NCBI GenBank assembly: GCA_050015075.1
Contig: JBEKCB010000019.1
Coordinates: forward strand, 28,792-92,791
From: Candidatus Brocadiia bacterium
GTDB taxonomy: Bacteria; Planctomycetota; Brocadiia; CAIUPP01
Reading direction: 5' to 3'
DNA: 64,000 nt
The position numbers were made by a program, and so were the translations under genes. This document shows positions 20,041 through 28,999 of the stretch, piece after piece. Numbering within the stretch: the first letter of the stretch is position 1; each line of letters opens with the position of its first letter. The notes under the pieces are model-generated. The model made no database searches. It saw nothing but the letters and a program-made list of their open reading frames with translations, and was not told where the DNA came from.

Positions 20041-20110
20041 CTTTTGCTCCTCGCGACAAGGAAAAACGCAATAGTGAGGCTGCCCAATTCGCCCGAACTC
20101 TGTTGAGTCC

Positions 20111-20125
20111 GCAAACAGCATGCCA
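20111..20125 (-). promoter_or_regulatory. Sigma54 (-24/-12) promoter of the EPS/exosortase operon
   Basis: TGGCATGCTGTTTGC on the minus strand, 70 bp upstream of the wza start. Confidence 0.75.
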
Positions 20126-20393
20126 CAGTAACAAGCATCTACCGAATTTACAACTCGCTTTGCTATAGTGAGTTATGTAGTGACGTAGTCAGCTCGCTAG
20201 AGCAGGATTCTACGAAATGCAACATACAGTGTCCGAGAAAAGCAACACAAGGTTCAAAAAATGCCCGGCATCAATCTCTACGCTTACCCCACAGCGGGCA
20301 ATAAGACCAGCCTCGAACACGGGTGTGCCGCCCGCTTCCCGCACGTTCGATCCTGATACAGCATAACCTGCAACGCCACAATTTTCAATGCGT

Positions 20394-22310
20394 TTAATGC
20401 TCAATGAGGTCTTCGAGCTGCAAGGACAGGAATACGGCGGCCAAATCGGGGTCGAACTGCGAGCCGGCCTTCTCCGCGATCAGTTGTCGCGCCGAGGCGG
20501 GTGTGAGCGCCGGGCGATAGACGCGGTGCGAGATGAGCGCGTCGAACACGTCCGCAAGCGCCACGATCCTCGCACCGAGCGCGATCCCCTCGCCCTTGAG
20601 TCCGTCCGGGTAGCCGCTGCCGTCGAATTGCTCGTGATGGCTTCGGACAATCGGGATCAAGTCCGCCAGGTGTGGCGCATGCAGGAGCATGTTCGCGCCG
20701 TGCAGCGGATGAGCCGACACGATCATGGTCTCATCACGCGACAGCGGTCCGGGCTTGCGCAGCACCACATCCGAGATCCGGATCTTGCCGATGTCATGCA
20801 GCAGAGCGCCGTCCTCCACGCGGTACAGGTCCGTGTCGCGCATACCGAGCGCGCGTGCCAATTGACCCGCAAAGGTGCGGACCTGGCTCGAGTGCCCGTC
20901 GTTATGCGGACAGCGGGCGTCGGCCATGCCGGCCAGAAGCTCGAGCGTCTCGTGATAAAGGCCGGTGACCTGCGACAGGTCCGCCCGGTTGGTCGAAGCC
21001 GTCGAGGCGCTTTCCGCCATCGCCGTCAGCCGCCGCGCATCTTCCATCGAGAAGCAGCCTGCCCGCGAGGAGCACGCTGCCAGCAGGCCGACCGTTTCTC
21101 CCTTGACTTCGAGCGGCGCGCTGATGAACGATTCGAGAGTGCGTCGGACCGCCGCCGAGGGGAGGCCTCGCGCGCCGCACCGGTCAGCCGCATTCCGATT
21201 CAGCAGATCGAGCATCGTTTCGCGCAGCGCCGCCGCAAGCGGAGAGCTTTCGGGCATCTCCGGCTGGAGCATCAGGCGCCCCTGCTCGCCGTCCGCCAGC
21301 AGGATTGCGCAGACTTCGGCGCCGAGCGTGCGCGACGCGCTGACGAGCAGTTGCTTCCAGATCCTGGGCGGGTCGGGTATCGCGGACAGCAAACGGCTTT
21401 CGGCGATGAGGTCCTCCAGCTCTGAGACTTGTTGCGCGGCCGCGTCGCACCGGCGGGCGGCTTCAAGCGCCACGGTCAGGTGCAGGGCGAAGAGGTCGAG
21501 AAGTTGCGCGGACTTCTCGTCGAACTGGGGCCCGCCGATCCGGCGCAGGCCGAGCACGCCGCGCGTCTGCTCGCCGGCCTTCAACGGCGCGTAGGCGTAG
21601 CAATCGCCGGTCGCCGCGTCGGTCGCCAGGAGCACGCCGCCAGCGCCCATCGCCTCTTTACCTTGCTCGTCCAATTGTACGGAGTGCGCCCATCCGGCGA
21701 CCGAATTGCCCGTGTGCGCAACCACCGACAGAGTGTCCTGTGCGCCGTCGTACGCCAGCAGCACGGCGCCGTCGGCCTGGAAATCGCGGCACGCCACTTC
21801 GAGCGCGCGCGACGGCAGGACGTGCCGGTCCGTCGTTGCTGAAAGCAGCCGCGCCGTCTCGAGCAGAGTCCGCGACTGTGCCAGGTAGGACTTGCTGCGC
21901 GCGGCGTCCAACGACGATAGAGCGCGCGCCGTCAGCGTCCTGAGATCCTGCGGGTCGAAGGGCTTGCGCAGGAAATCCACCGCGCCGCGACGCATTCCCT
22001 CGAGCGCGTACTCCAGTGCGTTCGGCCCCGCCATGACAATGACCTGCGTGTCGGGGAACATCTCCTTGATCCTCGCCAGCAACTGGATGCCGTCCAACGT
22101 GGGCATCGCGTCGGTGATCACGAGGTCCGCGGGCCGCCGGCGAAGTTGCCGCAGAGCGCCGGCGACCGAGTCGGCCGTCTCGGCGGAGTACCCTTCTCCG
22201 CGCAGCAGCGCCACGGAATGCGCCGCGCAGGGCTGGTCATCCGTCACGACGAGAATATGCCACTGCAAACTCGCCGGGGCGGCGGGCGCCTTTGGAAGTT
22301 GAATTGTCAC
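20394..22310 (-). CDS. Response regulator with REC, GAF and HD-GYP (c-di-GMP phosphodiesterase) domains
   Basis: DLVITD / FLRKPF receiver; HDIGK, HHEQFDGSGYP, ADVFDAL, YRPA. Confidence 0.9.
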   Translation of the reverse strand: MTIQLPKAPAAPASLQWHILVVTDDQPCAAHSVALLRGEGYSAETADSVAGALRQLRRRPADLVITDAMPTLDGIQLLARIKEMFPDTQVIVMAGPNALEYALEGMRRGAVDFLRKPFDPQDLRTLTARALSSLDAARSKSYLAQSRTLLETARLLSATTDRHVLPSRALEVACRDFQADGAVLLAYDGAQDTLSVVAHTGNSVAGWAHSVQLDEQGKEAMGAGGVLLATDAATGDCYAYAPLKAGEQTRGVLGLRRIGGPQFDEKSAQLLDLFALHLTVALEAARRCDAAAQQVSELEDLIAESRLLSAIPDPPRIWKQLLVSASRTLGAEVCAILLADGEQGRLMLQPEMPESSPLAAALRETMLDLLNRNAADRCGARGLPSAAVRRTLESFISAPLEVKGETVGLLAACSSRAGCFSMEDARRLTAMAESASTASTNRADLSQVTGLYHETLELLAGMADARCPHNDGHSSQVRTFAGQLARALGMRDTDLYRVEDGALLHDIGKIRISDVVLRKPGPLSRDETMIVSAHPLHGANMLLHAPHLADLIPIVRSHHEQFDGSGYPDGLKGEGIALGARIVALADVFDALISHRVYRPALTPASARQLIAEKAGSQFDPDLAAVFLSLQLEDLIEH

Positions 22311-22344
22311 GCGACCACCTTTCCATGTGTTTCTTCTATCACAA

Positions 22345-22371
22345 TCTTCGGCATATTCGGCCGCCGATTTA
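22345..22371 (-). promoter_or_regulatory. Sigma28 (FliA)-type promoter of the HD-GYP gene
   Basis: TAAA-N15-GCCGAAGA versus consensus TAAA-N15-GCCGATAA. Confidence 0.65.
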
Positions 22372-22518
22372 GCTGCCGCGCCGTGCGTTTGATATGTCGA
22401 AAATTCATTCAACTCGTCGGGAATTTCCTCGATAATTATTCGTGCAGGCGGCGGGCGCAGGCAGGAGCGAGCGAATGATTCCGGGATTCCGCGCGGCCGA
22501 AGAAGTTTGTCCGTCCTC

Positions 22519-22533
22519 TGGCATTGATTTTGC
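22519..22533 (+). promoter_or_regulatory. Sigma54 promoter of the PilZ / FliS-like genes
   Basis: TGGCATTGATTTTGC, 73 bp upstream of the PilZ start. Confidence 0.75.
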
Positions 22534-22606
22534 AATCAGGTCTCACGCGCATGAAGCTTGAAGCCTGAATCGGCAACTGTGAGCAGGGATTTATTGAGGT
22601 GCACCC

Positions 22607-23422
22607 TTGAGCGACACCGAAGCGATTCCCGAGGTATGGAACGAATCCCATAGACGGAATTCCGTCCAGGCGCGGCCCGCTCTGAACCTGGTCACTCACA
22701 CCCGGCAGGTGGAACCGCACCAGCCGGTCAGGGTGGAATTGGCAGACGGGACAACGATGAACTCCATCGTCCTGCGCGCGGCGGATGACGCCCTGTACCT
22801 GCTGCTGCCGACCGGGCAGCGGCAGGCGCGTTTCGAGCCTGGGCAGGCGCTTCACGTGACGTTCTGGCGACCACTGGACGCGCGGTACCAGTTCGAGGGC
22901 CGCGTCATCGGAACCGATGGCCACCGCCCAGCGCTGGCTGTGGCTCACGCTCCGACGGATCGGCTTCAGCAGCGCAGGTACCCGCGAGTCCATTGCCGGG
23001 AAATAGTCCAGTTGGGCCGGCTGACCCGGGAGCAGTTCACGAATTTCGCCAAACTGCCGCAGCCGCCGCAGCTTTCCGTCAAGGGGCGGCTCCACGACCT
23101 GAGCGTCGGGGGCGCCTGTTTTACGACGCCGATGGCATTGACGAAGAACGGCTGGGTTGCGCTCAGCATCGGGGCTCACGAAGCGCAGGGACCCATCGTG
23201 GTTCCAGGACAGGTGCTGCGGCAGACGCGGCTCGGCGGGACTTCAAAATCCCTGTGGCGGGCCGCCGTCGAATTCAATATGCCCTCGCAGCAGCTCGAAC
23301 GTCAGGTGAAGAGCCTCGTGGCGGAAATTGACTCCAGGCACGTGATCCGGATGATGCTTCGCTCCGGCAATTGGTCTCAGCCGAAACGCGATCTTCCATC
23401 AGTGCGGCCGACCCCGAGTTGA
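22607..23422 (+). CDS. YcgR-like PilZ-domain c-di-GMP receptor
   Basis: QQRRYPR (RxxxR) and DLSVGG (DxSxGG) motifs after a YcgR-like N-domain. Confidence 0.88.
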   Translation: MSDTEAIPEVWNESHRRNSVQARPALNLVTHTRQVEPHQPVRVELADGTTMNSIVLRAADDALYLLLPTGQRQARFEPGQALHVTFWRPLDARYQFEGRVIGTDGHRPALAVAHAPTDRLQQRRYPRVHCREIVQLGRLTREQFTNFAKLPQPPQLSVKGRLHDLSVGGACFTTPMALTKNGWVALSIGAHEAQGPIVVPGQVLRQTRLGGTSKSLWRAAVEFNMPSQQLERQVKSLVAEIDSRHVIRMMLRSGNWSQPKRDLPSVRPTPS

Positions 23423-23440
23423 ACAGGAAAGCAGGAACGC

Positions 23441-23806
23441 ATGACCGACGCGAAATACACCGCTGATCAGGAACAATGCCGGGACCGGTTTGAGGAGGAA
23501 CTCGACGGCCTGAGCCCTGCCCGGCTCCTGCTGAAGCTGTATGACGTCGCCATCCTCAGTTGCGACCGCGAAGAGCGCGAGCGGCTGGTCTGCGCGCTGA
23601 CCGAACTGACCGCCGCGCTGAGCTTCGATCACCGCGAGGTTTCCATGCCGCTCTTCAGCATCTACGACCACTGCATCCGCCAGGTGCGCGCCGGCCGCTA
23701 CAGCGCCGTACGGGCGGTCCTCGTCCAACTCCGCGACGCCTGGAGCCAGTCCGCGCAAGCGCTCGAATCCAGCCCAATCCCGCCGATCGAGACGAGGCGG
23801 AACTAG
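23441..23806 (+). CDS. FliS-like flagellar export chaperone
   Basis: SPARLLLKLYD..., LTEL..ALSFD, LFSIYD, LRDAW pattern. Confidence 0.7.
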   Translation: MTDAKYTADQEQCRDRFEEELDGLSPARLLLKLYDVAILSCDREERERLVCALTELTAALSFDHREVSMPLFSIYDHCIRQVRAGRYSAVRAVLVQLRDAWSQSAQALESSPIPPIETRRN

Positions 23807-23920
23807 CGCCTGCGATTTCACTTGCCTTCGTCAACTTCATTCTGCATAATCACCGGGGACTTCGATGCTCGGACAGATGGTCAGTCACGATTTCCTTTCT
23901 TTACGCCGAGGTGATGGCCA

Positions 23921-24256
23921 ATGGCAAATGAAGGGGCAACGCGACAGATCAAGGACGGAGAGTCGGCGCGGCTCGAGGACCTCGCTGAGAAAGTGCGCCG
24001 GATTCAGCCTGGGCGGTGGCGAATGGTCTCTCGGATTTGCGTGGGCGGATTGTCGTTGGGATATGCGTTATGGCGGTATCATTCAGGCGCGTCCGAACGC
24101 GGGATAGAGTATCTTTTCATTTACTTCTGGTCTATGGGGTGCGTTTTAACTACCCTATTCTTCAGCGATCTGGCACTTTGGTTCCGTTTGAAAGTGCTCC
24201 TGATCGAGTCCGGCATGGAGTACGCTCAACAGATCGCGCCTCTCTCAGGAAAATAA
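23921..24256 (+). CDS. Hypothetical membrane protein
   Basis: GAGGTG RBS, two hydrophobic segments, lower GC than flanks. Confidence 0.5.
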   Translation: MANEGATRQIKDGESARLEDLAEKVRRIQPGRWRMVSRICVGGLSLGYALWRYHSGASERGIEYLFIYFWSMGCVLTTLFFSDLALWFRLKVLLIESGMEYAQQIAPLSGK

Positions 24257-24357
24257 GCTTCCCCTGCCGCCGCGTTTGACACCATAAAGGCCGGCTGCTA
24301 TTCTGCTTGCCGAACAGGGGACGCGGCCCGCGAGACCTTCCTTTTTGCGCATCGTCC

Positions 24358-26424
24358 ATGAAGAGCCTTGACGATTCGGTCCAATACACCAAGGGCGTCG
24401 GCCCGAAGCGGCTGGAGCTGCTCAAGCGCCTCGGGATCGCGACGCTCCGCGACCTGCTTTACTTCGTGCCGCGCGCGTATGAAGATCGCTCCCTGATCAC
24501 CCCGATCAACCGCCTCCGCGTCGGCGACCGGGCGACGATCAAGGCGCGCGTGGTCGCCGCCGAGAAGTTCCGGGGCCAGCGCGGCCGGGCGATGGCGCGA
24601 GTCGAGGTCGAGGACGATTCCGGCCGCCTGACCTGCACCTGGTTCAACTCGCGTTTCTTCCGCGAGGAGGATTTCCCCGCCGGCCGCGAGATGCTCTTCA
24701 CCGGCCGGGTGGATTTTTACCGCGGCTTGCAGATGGTCTCGCCGGAGCACGAACTCGCCGACGAGGGCGAAGTGTTCTTCGGCCCGCGCATCCTGCCGAT
24801 CTACCCGCTGACCGAGGACCTGAACCAGAACGCGCTGCGCCGCGTGATGAAGGAGGCGGTCGCCGAAAACGCCGGGCGGGTCGAGGATATGTTCGACGCG
24901 GCGTTCCTGAAGGAGCACAATTTGCCGGCGCTCGCGGACGCGATTCGGGAAATCCATTTCCCCGATTCGTCTCAGGCCGCCGGCCAAGCCCGGCGTCGGC
25001 TGGCGTATGACGAACTCTTCCTGCTCGAACTGGGCATGGCGCAACGCCGCCGCGATATCCGCCGCGAGGACGCCGGCCTTTCGTTCGAGGTCACGCCCGA
25101 GATTGACCAGCGCATCCGGCGGCGCTTCCCGTTCAAGCTGACCGGCGCGCAGGAGCGCGTGATCGGGGAGATCGCCGCCGACATGCGCTCTCCGAAGCCG
25201 ATGAACCGCATGCTCCAGGGCGACGTGGGCTCCGGCAAGACAGTCCTGGCGCTTTACGCCATGCTGGTCGCCGTGGCGAACCGGTACCAGGCCGCGCTCA
25301 TGGCGCCGACGGAAATCCTGGCGACGCAGCACTACGAAACGATCCAGCGTTACCTGGCCGGAAGCCGCGTGAGGACCGCCCTGCTCGTCGGCGGCCGCAC
25401 CGCGCGCGAACGAAAGCAGGACCTGGAGCGCGTCGCGGCGGGCGAGGCCGACCTGGTCGTCGGCACGCACGCGCTGGTCGAGGGAGACGTGGCTTTCAAG
25501 AAACTCGGGCTGGTCGTCGTGGACGAGCAGCACAAGTTCGGCGTGATCCAGCGGGCCAAGCTGCGCCAGAAAGGCCGCCACCCGGACGTGCTGGTGATGA
25601 CAGCGACGCCGATCCCGCGGACGCTCGCGCTGACCGTCTTCGGCGACCTGGACCTCTCGACGCTCGACGAGATGCCGCCGGGCCGGCAGCCGGTCAGGAG
25701 CAAGTGGTATCCGCCGGAGAAGCTGGACGCGGCGTACGAATTCATCCGCGCGCGCATCACCGCGGGCGAACAGGCGTTCGTGGTCTACCCGCTCGTGGAG
25801 GAGTCCGAGGCGCTCGACCTGAAAGCGGCGACGACCAGCGCCGAGCACCTCCAGCGGAAAATCTTCCCGGAGTTCCGCATCGCCCTGCTGCACGGCCGCA
25901 TGCGGCCCGATGAAAAGGACCGCGTGATGGCCGAGTTCCGCGCGGGACGGTATCACATCCTCGTCTCGACCGTCGTCATCGAGGTCGGGATTGATATCCC
26001 GAACGCGACGATTATGGTCATCGAGCACGCGGAGCGGTTCGGCCTGGCGCAGTTGCACCAGTTGCGCGGCCGCATCGGGCGCGGCAGCCGGCCTTCGTTC
26101 TTCCTCCTCTTCGCCGAGCCGAAGAGCGACGAGCCGCGCAAACGGCTGGACATCATCTGCTCGACGACCGACGGCTTCCGCATCGCGGAGGAGGACTTGA
26201 AGCTGCGTGGCCCGGGCGAATTCTTCGGCACGCGGCAACATGGCTTGCCGGAACTGCGCGTTGCGGATATTATTAACGACCACGCCCTGCTGCAGCTCGC
26301 GCGCCGCGACGCCTTCAAGATCGTCGCCGACGATCCCGGCCTCGCGAAGCCGGAACACGCAAAGCTCCGCGCGCGGCTGGAGGAGGCGTTCAGGAACCGG
26401 TTGGATCTAATTCGAATAGGATAA
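24358..26424 (+). CDS. recG: ATP-dependent DNA helicase RecG
   Basis: KGVGPK, QGDVGSGKT, DEQHKFG, TATPIPRT, QLHQLRGRIGRG, DGFRIAEEDLKLRGPGE. Confidence 0.97.
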   Translation: MKSLDDSVQYTKGVGPKRLELLKRLGIATLRDLLYFVPRAYEDRSLITPINRLRVGDRATIKARVVAAEKFRGQRGRAMARVEVEDDSGRLTCTWFNSRFFREEDFPAGREMLFTGRVDFYRGLQMVSPEHELADEGEVFFGPRILPIYPLTEDLNQNALRRVMKEAVAENAGRVEDMFDAAFLKEHNLPALADAIREIHFPDSSQAAGQARRRLAYDELFLLELGMAQRRRDIRREDAGLSFEVTPEIDQRIRRRFPFKLTGAQERVIGEIAADMRSPKPMNRMLQGDVGSGKTVLALYAMLVAVANRYQAALMAPTEILATQHYETIQRYLAGSRVRTALLVGGRTARERKQDLERVAAGEADLVVGTHALVEGDVAFKKLGLVVVDEQHKFGVIQRAKLRQKGRHPDVLVMTATPIPRTLALTVFGDLDLSTLDEMPPGRQPVRSKWYPPEKLDAAYEFIRARITAGEQAFVVYPLVEESEALDLKAATTSAEHLQRKIFPEFRIALLHGRMRPDEKDRVMAEFRAGRYHILVSTVVIEVGIDIPNATIMVIEHAERFGLAQLHQLRGRIGRGSRPSFFLLFAEPKSDEPRKRLDIICSTTDGFRIAEEDLKLRGPGEFFGTRQHGLPELRVADIINDHALLQLARRDAFKIVADDPGLAKPEHAKLRARLEEAFRNRLDLIRIG

Positions 26425-26506
26425 TCAGTGACAGTCACAATGGGAGGAACTCTTAGGAAAGAGATTCCTTGTGTTATAATGTTTTACGCAAAGCCGGAGG
26501 CTTAAA

Positions 26507-26713
26507 ATGAAACTGATCATTACGCTGGAACGTGACGAAACGGGCATGCTCGTGGCGGAGTGCCCCGCGATTCCGGGCTGCGTTTCGCAGGGACAAACGG
26601 AAGAGGAAGCGGTCGCCAACATTCGCGAGGCGATCGCGGCCTGCATCGAGGCACGCGCGGCCAACGGGATGCCCGTCACGGTCGCCGTTCGGGAAATCGA
26701 GGTCGCGGTCTGA
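26507..26713 (+). CDS. HicB-family antitoxin (short form)
   Basis: AECPAIPGCVSQGQTEEEAVANIREAI motif. Confidence 0.9.
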   Translation: MKLIITLERDETGMLVAECPAIPGCVSQGQTEEEAVANIREAIAACIEARAANGMPVTVAVREIEVAV

Positions 26714-26797
26714 TGGGACGCTTGCCCGTCCTTTCTGGAGCGCGCGCTGATCCGTGCCGCAGGAATGACAGTAGATGAGTTTGATGATTTGCTCTGA
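26713..26797 (+). pseudogene. HicA toxin pseudogene with internal deletion
   Basis: MGRLPVLSG joined out of frame to RALIRAAGMTVDEFDDLL*; central GSH region missing. Confidence 0.85.
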
Positions 26798-26837
26798 CCA
26801 GAATCGCTTCTCAGTATCTCTCGATCAGGAATGAACA

Positions 26838-27218
26838 ATGAGACTGATGGATGATCTGACGTTCGACGCCCAGGGACTGATTCCGGTCATCATCGCGAAC
26901 GTCGCGGACCGCCGGCCGCTGACGCTCTGCTACATGAACCGCGAGGCGCTCGCGAAGACGATTGAGACCGGCAAGGTCCACGTCTTCCGCCGGTCGAAGG
27001 GAAGGCTGATGCTGAAAGGCGAGATCAGCGGCCACATCCAGGAGGTTAAAGGCCTCTTTCCCGACTGCGAGGGCCACTCGCTCATGATCACCGTCAAGCA
27101 GCACGTCGCCGGTTGCCACGCCGGCTACATGTCCTGCTATTACCGCCAGTACGACGCGAAGAGCGATGACTACCGCATCGCCGAAGAACAGGTTTTCGAC
27201 CCGAAAACAGTCTACTGA
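26838..27218 (+). CDS. hisI: Phosphoribosyl-AMP cyclohydrolase
   Basis: GLIPVII, YMNREAL, KGEISGH, DC and CH.G..SC zinc ligands. Confidence 0.9.
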   Translation: MRLMDDLTFDAQGLIPVIIANVADRRPLTLCYMNREALAKTIETGKVHVFRRSKGRLMLKGEISGHIQEVKGLFPDCEGHSLMITVKQHVAGCHAGYMSCYYRQYDAKSDDYRIAEEQVFDPKTVY

Positions 27219-27232
27219 GGAAGGACTTTGAA

Positions 27233-28348
27233 CTGGCTGACCGCATCGTCGTCCTCGGCGCCGGCGCGCTTTCGCTCGGCTTCTTCGGGCCGGAACTCCG
27301 GGACCAGTACGCGCTGACGTTCGTGGATACCGACGCCCGGGCGGACCTGATCGCGCACGTGCAGCGCCGCCGTGAATACGCCGCCAACGTCGCCGGAGAG
27401 AAAATCGTGCCGCTGACGGTCAGGCCGGTGGACGCGTTCCGGCTCGACCGGGCGGAACAGGACCAACCCATCCGCGAGCACATCGCGCAGGCGCGGATTT
27501 TCTTCACGGCGGTGGGAATTCGCAACCTCGACAGCGCGCTCTCGTACCTGTTCGACCGCATCGGCGGCCGCGCGGAGCCGCTCTTCATCCTCTGCGCCGA
27601 AAACGGAGAAGGCGTCGCCGACAAGTGGCGCACCGTGTTCCCGACGAACGTCCACCTCTGCGACACGGTCATGGGCAGGATGTGCCGCCTCGACGAGCGC
27701 GCCGCGCCGGACTACGCGCCCGTCGAGCCGGACCTCGCCTGGGGCGTCGTCGGCGAGGACTTTCACGGCTTTCCGCTGTCGGAGGCGCACCGCGACGCGA
27801 AGGTCTTTCACTCCAGCGCGTTCCAGTTCGTGCCGGAGGAGGAATTCCACGCCCGCGAGCGCGTGAAGCTGTTCGCGCACAATGCGTTGCACTTCTTCGT
27901 CGCCGCCATGGGCCGCCTCCGCGGCGCGGAACGATTCAGCGACCTGGCGCAGGACGCCGAGGTCACGACGGCCACGCGGGAACTTCTCGAGGGCGAAATC
28001 GCTCCCGCGCTCTGGAAGGACTGCGCCTGGCGGATCGGCCGGGGCGAGTTCGATGAGTACGTCGCGCGGCTGCCGGGGCGGCTCTTCTCGCCGACGCTGC
28101 GCGACCTCATCGCGCGCGGCGTGCGCGGCATCCAGGAGAAATTCGCCGACAACGAGCGTGCGCTCGGCGGCCTGCGCCTGCTCCTGCGCAACGGCGTCCG
28201 GCCGAACCGCTATTACGACCTGCTCGCCGCCGGGCTGGAAGTGGCGCGCCGCGACGCGAAGCCGGAACTCGCCGCGGCGCTGTTCGAGAAACTCCCCGGC
28301 GAGGAAGTGCGCCGCGAAGTGGAAGCGCGATGGAAGAAACTGCGATGA
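27233..28348 (+). CDS. Mannitol-1-phosphate/altronate dehydrogenase-like protein; probable CTG start
   Basis: RIVVLGAGALSLGF Rossmann motif upstream of the called GTG; FTAVG, LCAEN, K...HN. Confidence 0.75.
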   Translation: MADRIVVLGAGALSLGFFGPELRDQYALTFVDTDARADLIAHVQRRREYAANVAGEKIVPLTVRPVDAFRLDRAEQDQPIREHIAQARIFFTAVGIRNLDSALSYLFDRIGGRAEPLFILCAENGEGVADKWRTVFPTNVHLCDTVMGRMCRLDERAAPDYAPVEPDLAWGVVGEDFHGFPLSEAHRDAKVFHSSAFQFVPEEEFHARERVKLFAHNALHFFVAAMGRLRGAERFSDLAQDAEVTTATRELLEGEIAPALWKDCAWRIGRGEFDEYVARLPGRLFSPTLRDLIARGVRGIQEKFADNERALGGLRLLLRNGVRPNRYYDLLAAGLEVARRDAKPELAAALFEKLPGEEVRREVEARWKKLR

Positions 28349-28809
28349 GCCAGGCGGATCGTTCCTCCGACGAAAAATACATGCACCTCGCCCTGCAGGA
28401 GGCGACCGCCGCCCTCGATCACGGCGACGTGCCGGTCGGCGCGGTCATCGTCCACGAGGGCGCCGTCATCGCCCGCGCGCACAACCAGCGCGAGCAGCTC
28501 AAGGACCCGACCGCCCACGCCGAAATGATCGCGCTGACCCAGGCCTCCGCGGCCCTCGAGGCGTGGCGCTTGACCGGCTGCACCCTGTATGTTACGGTTG
28601 AGCCGTGCGTCATGTGCGCCGGGGCGCTGGTCCTGGCGAGAGTGTCGCGGCTGGTGTACGGCGCGGATGATCCCAAGGCCGGAGCATGCGTTTCGCTCTA
28701 CCGGATCCCTTCGGACCCACGGCTGAATCACAGCATCGAGACGGCCTCCGGCGTGCTCGCGGAGGAGTCCGCCCGGATGCTTCGGGAGTTCTTTCGCGCG
28801 AGACGTTAG
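28345..28809 (+). CDS. tadA: tRNA adenosine(34) deaminase
   Basis: VPVGAV, AHAE, EPCVMC, DPKAGA. Confidence 0.95.
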   Translation: MSQADRSSDEKYMHLALQEATAALDHGDVPVGAVIVHEGAVIARAHNQREQLKDPTAHAEMIALTQASAALEAWRLTGCTLYVTVEPCVMCAGALVLARVSRLVYGADDPKAGACVSLYRIPSDPRLNHSIETASGVLAEESARMLREFFRARR

Positions 28810-28832
28810 CCCGGTTGCTGCCGTGCAAGAAC

Positions 28833-28924
<92 letters not shown>

Positions 28925-28999
28925 TGATGTTGCTGTCAGTATGAAACCGTCTATTCTTGTTGATATGCGGGTGACCAAACATTACTGCTGGAGGGACAC

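Noticed and set aside
26755-26772. GCAGGAATGAC as a REP half-site
   Set aside because: Better explained as HicA C-terminal coding sequence (AGMTVDEF).
27060-27080. HisI DCEGH instead of DCDxD as a sign of inactivation
   Set aside because: All three zinc cysteines and the other motifs are intact; likely lineage variation that cannot be judged without an alignment.
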